A stretch of 59,429 bases of DNA, the filler included, from a bacterium (GTDB lineage: Bacteria > JAJRZV01), in NCBI GenBank assembly GCA_024275095.1. It is 3 parts of 3 records of this genome, joined end to end, with 100 filler letters (N's around TTAATTAATTAA, not from the genome) between each part and the next. Parts side by side here need not be neighbours in the genome. Positions count along the whole stretch, not along the records: positions 31,071 to 54,403 come from JAJRZV010000032.1; 2 more parts are not named here. One strand, 5' to 3'. The notes beneath the pieces are model-generated. The model saw nothing but the letters and a program-made list of their open reading frames with translations. It had not been told where the DNA came from and did no database searches. This document shows positions 40,557 through 49,043 of this stretch, piece after piece; the stretch's first letter is position 1; every line of letters starts with the position of its first letter. The position numbers were made by a program, and so were the translations under genes.

Positions 40557-41354
40557 TCAGAGATAAGGAAGCATGTGGTTTTCCAATTTGATGAATATCC
40601 AGAAGCCGAAAAGGAATATTATTATGGATGCAATGCCTCCGATTAAGTAGTATTCAAGCGGCGCAAGGGTGTTAAGTAATAACGGCCTTCTAAATCCTTC
40701 GAGCAGATAGTAGAGTGGATTACCGAGAACAACAAATCGATACTTTGCGGGTATTATGTTTTCTGGGTAAAATACAGGCGTTGCATAAAAAAGGGCAAGT
40801 AGCAGCAGGTTGTAAATATAAATTACGTCTCTGAAAAATACGGCAAGGGCAGAGAGGGTAAAAGCCACACCTATTGAAAATATAGTGAGGGATACTATGG
40901 CGATAATTGAATATAGTGCTTTTACTCCAGGATATGTTCCTGTAAAGAGATAAATGGCCAGTAAAGGTATCAGGTCAAGAGCAAAGTTGACAAGAGCTGA
41001 TATCACGGATGTTATTGGAAGGATTATTTTGGGAATATAGATTTTTTTTAGCAGCTCGCCGTGACCTACCACTGATTGCGTGCCGTCATTAGTGGCTTCA
41101 GAAAACAGGTTAAAAAATAAAATTCCTGTAAGAGCGAATGCACTGTACGAGACATTGGGAAGGTTCGGCCTGAAAAGCACTGAGAACACCGCCGTGAGGA
41201 TAAGCATCATCAATAGAGGGTTTAACATGGTCCATAGAAAACCCAGGACAGACCGTCTGTACCGGACTTTTATGTTGCGTTCTACCTTGTTTTTTATAAA
41301 TTCTCTGTATCGGTACAGTTGCTTGAACTGATTTAACATGTCTTCAATAAACAT
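40557..41354 (-). CDS. wzm: Wzm-type ABC-2 polysaccharide export permease
   Basis: RYRRSVLGFLWTMLNPLL, LLKKIYIP, VFFRDV, FYATPVFY, NPLYY. Confidence 0.88.
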   Translation of the reverse strand: MFIEDMLNQFKQLYRYREFIKNKVERNIKVRYRRSVLGFLWTMLNPLLMMLILTAVFSVLFRPNLPNVSYSAFALTGILFFNLFSEATNDGTQSVVGHGELLKKIYIPKIILPITSVISALVNFALDLIPLLAIYLFTGTYPGVKALYSIIAIVSLTIFSIGVAFTLSALAVFFRDVIYIYNLLLLALFYATPVFYPENIIPAKYRFVVLGNPLYYLLEGFRRPLLLNTLAPLEYYLIGGIASIIIFLFGFWIFIKLENHMLPYL

Positions 41355-41386
41355 GGCGGCTATTATGAATGATTTTTACGTTACTG

Positions 41387-43078
41387 TCATTCCCATTTAA
41401 ACCTTGTTTCTGCTAACCGATACATTTGCCTCCAAACAAGCCGGTTGAACAATACCACAACCGCGGCCATTGTAAATGTAGAAAGAAGTACCCCTGCTAC
41501 ATCCCCCTTGAGAGTGGCTTCAGTAATCATTGCCCCCAGTCCCTGAACCTTCAGCGTTGTGTTTCTGAATACAAAATATTCAGCCACAATGGTGGCATTC
41601 CAGGCTCCTCCCGCGGCCGTAATAAGTCCTGTGGTAAGATCCTTAAAGACAAAGGGAATGGTTATTTTTCCCCATCGATGGAGGCCTGATATTTTGTACA
41701 TTTTTACAAATTCTTTTAATTATGTGGGGATTGTAGAAGCCCCTGCAAGCACATTGAATAAAATATACCACTGGCTGGAAAGAACAAGAAGTACGAGAGC
41801 ATTGAACTCATGGGGCAGGTGCAGACGATGAGAGAACATAATAATGATAGGGAAAAAGGCTGTTGCGGGGATGGATGCGAGGATTTGTATAACCGGTTGT
41901 ATTCGGCGTGAGAGGCGCTTGCGCATTCCAGCGTATATTCCAAGTGGCAGGGCCAGAGCCAGGGAGATGAACAGTGCTCCCAGCACTCTTGCCAGGCTTG
42001 AGAGTGCTGCTCCAGGCAACTGTAAAACGAGAGAAATATTGACCCCTCTCAGCAGTTCAAAGGAATAGTAGAGCACTGCAAACAACATCCCCGCCAGAGA
42101 GATGATGAATATCCAGGGGATGGAACCGCTCTCTCGAGGCATGCTTTTAAAACGTGTACTTTGTTCTATAATCCACTGGCTCAGCCACCCAGCTGCATCG
42201 CGTGCAAGTGAAAAGAGTCTCGAGTGTTGAACAGCGTCCAGAATGAACGATTCACTTTTTTCTTCTTCGCCGTGCGTGAGGTCAGGTTTGAATTTAGAAA
42301 CCCATGCAAAAACGGGTCGCCACACGATCGCGTCCGTTAATACAATAACGATAAGAATGAAGAGCACACCACATGCAACTTCTACCATTTTACCCTGTTG
42401 GGATGCAGTATAAATGTAGGCTCCTATGCCCGGCATGATGTAACTTCGATCGCCGATGACAAGCATCTCGCAGGCCATGAGGAAGAACCAGCCTCCTGCA
42501 ACAGATAGCATGGCGTTCCAGGCGAGTGAGGGGACGGCAAAAGGAAGTTCTATTTTGAGAAATTTCATGAAAGCATTGAGTTTAAATGCGTCGGATGCCT
42601 CGCAAAGATATTCTGGTACGCTTTTAATGGAAGAATAAAAAGCGAAGATAAGGTTCCATACTTGGCCTGTAACAATCAACACTATGGACGAAAGTTCAAG
42701 GGCCAGGCGTGAACCTCCAAAAAAGGATGTGAAGGATACCACAACCGCCGGCATGAAGCTGAGTACAGGAATGGATTGGAGCACGTCCAGTAAGGGTACA
42801 AGAACCCGTTCCATGATCCTGGAGTGGGCTGCTGCATACCCGTATGTAAGCGCTATCCCCAGACTGATGAAAAGGGCGATAAATATTCGTGATATAGAAT
42901 AAAGCCCGTATAGAGGAATGTATTTGAAGTCCAGTGAAATAAAAGGTTCGTGCCGGGCTTCTCCCCATCCTCCTGAAGCACTGAACAGTAGGGCCACGAG
43001 AGAAACAATCAGAAATATAACAGCGGCATCTACAGTGATACCGGTTAAAATTTTTGCTGATTGGCGTTTGCCAGGCAT
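41387..43078 (-). pseudogene. NitT/TauT-family double-domain ABC permease with a premature in-frame TAA
   Basis: LDVLQSIPVLSF, AGGWFFLMACE, QWYILFNV; reads GASTIPT*LKEFVKMYKI in one frame (TAA at 41722-41720) and continues to AAGGAWNATIVAEY. Confidence 0.8.
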
Positions 43079-43152
43079 GGAGTAAATATGCCACTTATGG
43101 AGCAGGATTTCAAAGATGCTTGTTTATTATATTACTATCTGCCGATGAAAAC

Positions 43153-43833
43153 TCAGGAAATTACGTCACTACTTCTGGACTTTGCTAATGCTTCCTTCCA
43201 CTCGTAAAAGTCAATTAACTGCTGCAGCTTTTTGGGCCGCAATATGAAGATCATCCTCTCTTTCACCTGAATGTACCCGAGAGTATGGAGTCTGTACAGT
43301 ATAGATTTGATAAGTGGTGCATCTGCTGCCACACGTGACTCCAGTTCATCCAGGTCAAGATGAACCTTGACACCAGGAGCCTCTCCGCCTGCTTCCCGTG
43401 CAAGCTGTAAAATTACATTGATGATCTGGCTTTCACGGTCTCCCAGCAAAAGATTTTCCAGTATTTGGTCGGTACGCCATAACCGATGAGCCATTTTTCG
43501 AAGAATTTCTATCGCCACGTGGGGGTAACTGCGAATCACGTTTTCAAATTGATCCTGGCTGATTTCAATTAAAATAGATTCCGACCTTGTTACAGCTGTT
43601 GCACTCCTGGGTTTCCCGGTAAGCATGGCCATTTCGCCAAAAAATTCTCCCTTTGTGAGAATGGCGATATTCTTTTCTTTTCGTCCGGAGCGTTTTTTTA
43701 TTTCTATCTCACCTTCATGAATGATGAACATGGTGTTACCTTTTTCTCCTTCTTTGAACACGAGAGTTTGTGGAGGGTAAATTTTACCGTGCCGTTCAAT
43801 AAGCTCTTCGATATTCCTTTTACGAACACTCAT
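43153..43833 (-). CDS. Crp/Fnr-like cyclic-nucleotide-binding regulator
   Basis: FKEGEKG, GEFFGEMAML, PRSATA; C-terminal winged-helix-like segment. Confidence 0.85.
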   Translation of the reverse strand: MSVRKRNIEELIERHGKIYPPQTLVFKEGEKGNTMFIIHEGEIEIKKRSGRKEKNIAILTKGEFFGEMAMLTGKPRSATAVTRSESILIEISQDQFENVIRSYPHVAIEILRKMAHRLWRTDQILENLLLGDRESQIINVILQLAREAGGEAPGVKVHLDLDELESRVAADAPLIKSILYRLHTLGYIQVKERMIFILRPKKLQQLIDFYEWKEALAKSRSSDVIS

Positions 43834-43840
43834 TTAATCT

Positions 43841-43869
43841 ATTATATGTAGTATATCGTTCGAGTTCAA
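43841..43869 (-). promoter_or_regulatory. Sigma70 promoter of the Crp-like gene, probably leaderless
   Basis: TTGAAC - 17 bp - TATAAT, ending 7 nt before ATG 43833. Confidence 0.65.
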
Positions 43870-43875
43870 TGTTCT

Positions 43876-44676
43876 TTATGTATATATCAGTGTGCCTACA
43901 TTTTTGTTTTCAAGGGCCAGCGTAAGATTCCCCCTCACCAATCCGTTTACGATTCGAATGCTTTTAATATGAATTGCATTTTTCATTAACTCCAGGACCT
44001 TTCTTTCCACCACAAGGTCTGGCAGGTTCATTTTTACAAGTTCATCCACACTGATTCGAGGTATAAATGTAGCTGCAGGATTTTTTTTGGGGTCATCGGT
44101 ATAAAGTCCATCTTCGTCTTTTACAAATATGACATTTTTTGCCCCCAGCACTTCACCTATAAGGAATGTGCCCACATCAGTGCGACACTCTGGAATTTGC
44201 CCTTTTGTAGGAGGTTCCTCCCAGTATTCATACGGTGGCATTCCGGAGATTATGGGGGTGCAGCCGGTGTTAAGATACAGGCCTATAATGTCAAATGTCT
44301 CTTTGGGAATGTAAACGCCGCCGTGGGGTGCTAAAAGTAACTGCAACATGCGGGCGTTTTGCCGTGAAACCGAAGTTCCCAACTTTGCGAGTACACCGGG
44401 TGGCATTCCGAGTTCTACTGCCAGGGCATAGGCATGTCTTGAACGAGTGCCTCCGCCTACTGTAATGATAAGCCTCCTTTTTTTCATAAGCCGGGCCAGC
44501 TCTTCCACCAGTGGATAAACCGCGGCACGTCCCCTGTCCATAATGGACTGTCCACCGATTTTCACCACTGTTACATCCGGGAATATCTTTACAGTATTTT
44601 TACGATGCAGAAACTGAAGCAGTGCATCGCTTTTTCGCGCGTTGGTGTGAATGCTTTTTTTTCTATTTTCAGCCAT
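43876..44676 (-). CDS. mosB: Mo/W storage protein beta subunit (amino-acid-kinase fold)
   Basis: KIGGQSIMDRGRAAVYPLV, GTRSRH, SGMPPY, RTD, IFVKDEDGLYT, ATFIPRISVDE, VNGLVRGNLT; these closely match A. vinelandii MosB as recalled. Confidence 0.88.
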   Translation of the reverse strand: MAENRKKSIHTNARKSDALLQFLHRKNTVKIFPDVTVVKIGGQSIMDRGRAAVYPLVEELARLMKKRRLIITVGGGTRSRHAYALAVELGMPPGVLAKLGTSVSRQNARMLQLLLAPHGGVYIPKETFDIIGLYLNTGCTPIISGMPPYEYWEEPPTKGQIPECRTDVGTFLIGEVLGAKNVIFVKDEDGLYTDDPKKNPAATFIPRISVDELVKMNLPDLVVERKVLELMKNAIHIKSIRIVNGLVRGNLTLALENKNVGTLIYT

Positions 44677-45523
44677 GGGCGGTGATCACTGTTCCCGCAT
44701 TTTTCCCCTGAAGCACACGCTCAAGCATTTGAGGCTTAAGTCCGTTGATAATGTACACTTTTTTACAGTTTCTTGCTTTGAGCAGAACCTGAAGCATCTG
44801 GCGTTCAACAGGAAGTTCATCGTCGCTCCAGGAAAGCATTTCTTTTGCTGTGATTTTTTTGACAGGTTTTTGGGGCGCCCCCGAAACGTGATCTGGCCTG
44901 TATACGCCGTCAATGTCTTTGATCAGAATGCAACGCTTCATTCCGAACGTTTCAGCAATAGTAAGTGCACCGGTATCAGACCCATGCAAAGGTTCCTTTT
45001 GTGAGGGATATTCCCAGTAATGATAAGGCGGCATTGCTACTATTACGGGTATCGCCTTGGATGCCAGAAAGAAGGGGAGTTTTTCAAATTCGTCTTTGGT
45101 TACTCTTATACCGCCGTACGGAGCGAGTAAGCATTGGATGAGCAGGGCATTTTGTTCATGGGCGGCTTCTGCAATGGCTGCAAGTGCACCTGTAGGGAGA
45201 CCCAGATCCATTCCAACTGCGTAAGTATGACGCTCACGGATGCCCCCGCCTGTTGCCACAATTATGCGGTGCCTTGTTGCAAGCCGTCCGATGGTTTTGA
45301 TCAGCGGCAATATTGCATTTTTCCCCCGGTCTATAACGCTGCCCCCCCCAATTTTCAGCAAGTTTGCATCAGGTAAAATGCGTCTTTCACGGGGTTGGTG
45401 AGTCTTTTGCTGAACGGTTTTACTCACCAGAGATTCCTTCATGAGTGTACTGGCAATATGGAACCGGGACGGTGTTTTTTCTATTTCGATGGTGCCTGGT
45501 GATTGTTTTTTCAAAGAGCACAC
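44669..45523 (-). CDS. mosA: Mo/W storage protein alpha subunit
   Basis: HIASTLMKESL, KIGG..IDRG..AILPL, GMDLGLPTGALA, EQNA, PPYHYWEYP, HGSDTGA; its stop overlaps the mosB start (ATGGCTGA). Confidence 0.85.
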   Translation of the reverse strand: MCSLKKQSPGTIEIEKTPSRFHIASTLMKESLVSKTVQQKTHQPRERRILPDANLLKIGGGSVIDRGKNAILPLIKTIGRLATRHRIIVATGGGIRERHTYAVGMDLGLPTGALAAIAEAAHEQNALLIQCLLAPYGGIRVTKDEFEKLPFFLASKAIPVIVAMPPYHYWEYPSQKEPLHGSDTGALTIAETFGMKRCILIKDIDGVYRPDHVSGAPQKPVKKITAKEMLSWSDDELPVERQMLQVLLKARNCKKVYIINGLKPQMLERVLQGKNAGTVITAHG

Positions 45524-45532
45524 GGGGAGATT

Positions 45533-46648
45533 TTACGAAATCGTCGAATAAGGAGCTACTTTTATATCAGTTTTAACGTTATCACCAATGTACTCGAAAA
45601 CACCCAGAGTATTTCCGTCTTTTTGAGGCACCACATGTACAAATCGAGGGTCTATGCTGATTTCGACACGTTGTCCAGTGTTTACCGTTTTATTCCCCAT
45701 CCACGACTCCTTTGATACAAGTGCCGTGTGAGCAAGCCGATACACAATTCTTGTATATCCGGGACATTCTGCTACCTCTTCAACCACAGCTTCTGTGCCT
45801 TTTCCGGTGATGCGGTATATACCTTCGGGGCGGATGAATACGATAGCCGGACCTTCGGGTATATCTGTATTGACGGGGATGTTAATATCTCCTGAACAGA
45901 ACACACCTGTTTCACCAGAGCGCTTTACATAACCAGAGATGATGTTTGAGTATCCTACCAGTCGTGCCACTTCCCACGTGGCTGGTTTTTGGAGAATATC
46001 TCCGGGAGAGCCCTCCTGGACGATCTGGCCGTTTATCAATACACCAATCCTGTCGGAGAGAACCGCTGCTTCCTCGAAGTCATGTGTTACAAATATAGTG
46101 GTAACATCAAGCTGTTTCTGGATGCGTCTGAGTTCTCCTCTCAGCTCCTCTCTGGCGGTACGATCCAAAGCATTGAACGGCTCGTCCAGCAGAAGAAGCA
46201 CCGGGTCCGTCACCAGGGCTCGAGCGAGGGCAATGCGCTGGCTCTCTCCACCGCTGAGGCCGTGGACGCTTCTGTAGAGCAGGTGTGAAATCCCGGTGAG
46301 TTCAGCGATTTTTTTTATTTTCTGGCGCACAAGTGACTCGGGGAGCTTTTTTACCCTCAACCCAAAGGCAATGTTGTCGAATACGGTGAGGTGAGGGAAC
46401 AGCAGATTTTTTTGAAACACCATTCCAACCCGCCGGCGTTCAGGTGGGAGATTTGACGAGTCCGCACCAGCGATAATGACAGTTCCCTGTTTTTCCCTGC
46501 GCAGACCGCTGATGAGTTCGAGGAGTACGCTTTTACCTGCACCCGAGGGTCCCATTATGGTGTAAAATTCGCCTTTTTTCAGCTCGAGACTTAACGGTCC
46601 AAGTTGAAAAGAATCTACCCGGTATACGAGTTTTTCAATGCGGAACAT
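45533..46648 (-). CDS. wtpC: Tungstate/molybdate ABC transporter ATPase
   Basis: GPSGAGKS, LFPHLTV, LSGGESQR, LLLDEP, VTHD; C-terminal TOBE-like region. Confidence 0.85.
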   Translation of the reverse strand: MFRIEKLVYRVDSFQLGPLSLELKKGEFYTIMGPSGAGKSVLLELISGLRREKQGTVIIAGADSSNLPPERRRVGMVFQKNLLFPHLTVFDNIAFGLRVKKLPESLVRQKIKKIAELTGISHLLYRSVHGLSGGESQRIALARALVTDPVLLLLDEPFNALDRTAREELRGELRRIQKQLDVTTIFVTHDFEEAAVLSDRIGVLINGQIVQEGSPGDILQKPATWEVARLVGYSNIISGYVKRSGETGVFCSGDINIPVNTDIPEGPAIVFIRPEGIYRITGKGTEAVVEEVAECPGYTRIVYRLAHTALVSKESWMGNKTVNTGQRVEISIDPRFVHVVPQKDGNTLGVFEYIGDNVKTDIKVAPYSTIS

Positions 46649-47468
46649 TCTTTTTTTCCCTCCATACTATTATTCTCATTCCGATAAACACCACCAGCGT
46701 AAGCAGTATCAGCACCGTGGCCACTGGTCGAGCATATGCAAGGCCATACGATTCAAATCTCTCGTACACAAGCACAGGTGCTGTCATGGGATGATATGCG
46801 AGCACCACCACTGCACCAAACTCGCTGATGCCTCTTGCCCACATCATGAGCATGCCTGATGCAATATGCCTTTTGACCAGCGGTAGCGAGACTTTCCAGA
46901 AGACCTGCCATGGTGATGCTCCCAATATTCGGGCTGCCTTTTCCAGATTTGGATCGAGCAAAGAAAAGCCTTCTCTTACCTGGTTTATGAGAAAAGGAGC
47001 ACTGACGAACAGCATGGCAATTACGATACCTGGAACGTCTCCTACAAAGTGAATGCCCAGGCTGCTGAAGAAACGCCCGGCGAAAAAGCGCTTGCCAAAC
47101 ACAAAAAGCAGAGCGACTCCAGCAGCAGTGTGGGGGATGATCATGGGTAGGTCTACAAATGCACTGATAACGCTTTTGCCTGGAAAGTGACGCCGTGCGA
47201 GCAGATATGCCAGTGGCACGCCGGTTAATGTTGCTATAAGGGTCGCGTAAAGAGCCGCGCGGAATGTGAGCCCGATAGACTGCATCACTTCTTTTTCGCG
47301 TGCGGTTTCCAACAGTACCTGTGGAGTGTTTGCTGCTACAAGCTTGGCCAGTGGAATTACCAGAAATATGACAATAAGTGCACCAACTCCGGCAAAAATG
47401 CCCGTAAGTAATTTTTCTCGTGATAATAAAGAGACGCCGACAACCCCGTTTTTGCTGGTCAGGCTCAC
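46635..47468 (-). CDS. wtpB: Tungstate/molybdate ABC transporter permease
   Basis: VDLPMIIPHTAAGVALL, FVSAPF, MMWARGISEFGAV, YHP. Confidence 0.88.
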   Translation of the reverse strand: MSLTSKNGVVGVSLLSREKLLTGIFAGVGALIVIFLVIPLAKLVAANTPQVLLETAREKEVMQSIGLTFRAALYATLIATLTGVPLAYLLARRHFPGKSVISAFVDLPMIIPHTAAGVALLFVFGKRFFAGRFFSSLGIHFVGDVPGIVIAMLFVSAPFLINQVREGFSLLDPNLEKAARILGASPWQVFWKVSLPLVKRHIASGMLMMWARGISEFGAVVVLAYHPMTAPVLVYERFESYGLAYARPVATVLILLTLVVFIGMRIIVWREKKNVPH

Positions 47469-48406
47469 TGGGATATCACATGAATTCGTAGTGCTTCTGG
47501 CATGAAGTCACGGTCTGGAGATACCGGAGGCACGAGAGGTTCTTGAAAACTGTCTTTTAAAATTTCCTGCCCCTTACTACCGATAAGGAGTTTGATGAAC
47601 TCCACAGCGGTCTGATAATGGGGGGCACCTTTTACGATGGTAATTCCGTAAACAATAGGTTTGCCTCGGACTTTCAGGGTTTGTTTGCCGTCTGTAAGTT
47701 CCAGTACAGCTTCACTGTAAATGTTTTTTAGCGAAGGGTTGCCCAGGTCTATTTCTTCCGGGAGGGTTACATACTGGAAACCGTGTTGTCTGGCCAGTGA
47801 AAGGTAGGTAAAGTGGTAATCCAGGTCACCTGATTGTGCGAGCGGGAGCAGATCTGTTTCTTTTGGCCTCAAGTTGCGCAGTGACATTCCGTCCAGAAGT
47901 TTCCGGTAGAGCCCTTTGAGGCCGTAGTACCTTTCTGCCAGCTTCCATACGAGCAACGTTCTGTATCCACAGGGATCGAGAAAAGGGTCTGACCGCCCGT
48001 ATTCAACACTTTTTTTCAGTAGAATTTTGTACCAGTTGTTCCCGTTGATTTCGCTCGCATATCGGGCTCCTTTGCTAATGGCGATAACCATGCGGTTTCG
48101 TGCAAAGTAAAGATTCCACACTGCGTATTCGGGCTTTAATATTTCGTCTATGACGGTATAGTCAGACACGGCTACGATATCAGCCTGTTTCGCCAGTTCT
48201 GCTACTTTTCTGGCGGCCAGACGGCTGCCTGATGCCTCCCGTAGAACTTCGCAGCCCGGGTGCTTCTCCTCGAAAACCTTTTCCAGCCGTGAGAATGGTA
48301 CTGTCAGACTACCGGCATGAAATATAATAAGTTTGCATTTGTCTCCTGCGTAAGCGAAAAAATTTGCGAGCAGGAAAATCAGAAAGACAGATAGATTGTG
48401 CTTCAT
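47465..48406 (-). CDS. wtpA: WtpA-type tungstate/molybdate-binding protein (start set at ATG 48406; ORF track extends to 48457)
   Basis: Signal peptide; IFHAGSL, EASGS, SDPFLDPCGYR (Asp ligand), RPKETDL (Glu ligand), YLSLARQHG, GKPIVYGITI. Confidence 0.9.
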   Translation of the reverse strand: MKHNLSVFLIFLLANFFAYAGDKCKLIIFHAGSLTVPFSRLEKVFEEKHPGCEVLREASGSRLAARKVAELAKQADIVAVSDYTVIDEILKPEYAVWNLYFARNRMVIAISKGARYASEINGNNWYKILLKKSVEYGRSDPFLDPCGYRTLLVWKLAERYYGLKGLYRKLLDGMSLRNLRPKETDLLPLAQSGDLDYHFTYLSLARQHGFQYVTLPEEIDLGNPSLKNIYSEAVLELTDGKQTLKVRGKPIVYGITIVKGAPHYQTAVEFIKLLIGSKGQEILKDSFQEPLVPPVSPDRDFMPEALRIHVISQ

Positions 48407-48419
48407 GAGGCAGAACTCT

Positions 48420-48479
48420 ATCATAGGGTTCTTCTCAGGGGAAGGTAAAATTGACAAATAATGAGCATATGCTTATAAT
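48420..48479. promoter_or_regulatory. Back-to-back promoters with a palindromic operator
   Basis: Plus strand: perfect TTGACA (48451-48456) - 17 bp - TATAAT (48474-48479), overlapped by ATGAGCATATGCTTAT (48461-48476, 14/16 palindromic). Minus strand: TTTACC (48449-48444) - 18 bp - TATGAT (48425-48420). Confidence 0.75.
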
Positions 48480-48500
48480 GAGTACCAGGGAGGAGAAAAA

Positions 48501-49031
48501 ATGCCCAGACCGAGAGTCCCACGCTGTGTTGAGGAGGAGCCTCCGGCCAAGGCTTTCAAACCGGCTGGTATTCCTGCTATTGCCCTTGAGCGCGTAATTC
48601 TTGAGCTGGACGAATTTGAGGCATTGAGGCTTGCTGATTTGGAGGGCCTTTATCAGGAAGACGCGGCTCAACTGATGGGAGTATCCCGCCAGACGTTTGG
48701 TCGTATCCTGGAATCGGCACGACATAAGGTGGCCGAGGCTCTTGTTGAAGGCAAAATGTTAATTATGAAAGGAGGGTCAGCCATGGGTGAGGTCAAAAGA
48801 GTATTTCAGTGCAGTGATTGCGGTCATGAGTGGGAAGTTCCGTTTGGTACGCCACGGCCGGGTCGATGTCCTGAATGTGGCGGTGTAAACCTTCATCGTG
48901 CAGGTGCACCGGGCTGGTGTCGTGGTCACGGCGGCAGGTTCCGTCGGCGCTGGCGCTGGCGGGGTGGCGGACACGGATGGCATCACGGTGGAGGAGGGTG
49001 GCGCCACGGACACGGTCATGGCGGTGCGTAG
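48501..49031 (+). CDS. DUF134 putative DNA-binding protein with Zn ribbon and Gly/His/Arg-rich tail
   Basis: MPRP..FKPAG, EFEALRLAD, QEDAA..MGVSRQTF..IL..AR.KVA.AL; CSDC..CPEC; GGHGWHHGG tail. Confidence 0.9.
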   Translation: MPRPRVPRCVEEEPPAKAFKPAGIPAIALERVILELDEFEALRLADLEGLYQEDAAQLMGVSRQTFGRILESARHKVAEALVEGKMLIMKGGSAMGEVKRVFQCSDCGHEWEVPFGTPRPGRCPECGGVNLHRAGAPGWCRGHGGRFRRRWRWRGGGHGWHHGGGGWRHGHGHGGA

Positions 49032-49043
49032 GGTATAACTAAA

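Noticed and set aside
43834-43875. ModE-like box (ATCTATTATATGTAGTATATCGTT) after mosB
   Set aside because: The spacing is shorter than the ModE consensus, and the sequence is explained by the -35/-10 promoter of the Crp-like gene.
43876-45523. Calling the two amino-acid-kinase-fold genes uridylate kinases (pyrH)
   Set aside because: They form a coupled paralogue pair with MoSto-specific motifs (DRGRAAVYPL, MPPY, FIPRISVDE), lie behind an oxyanion transporter, and lack the tsf/frr context.
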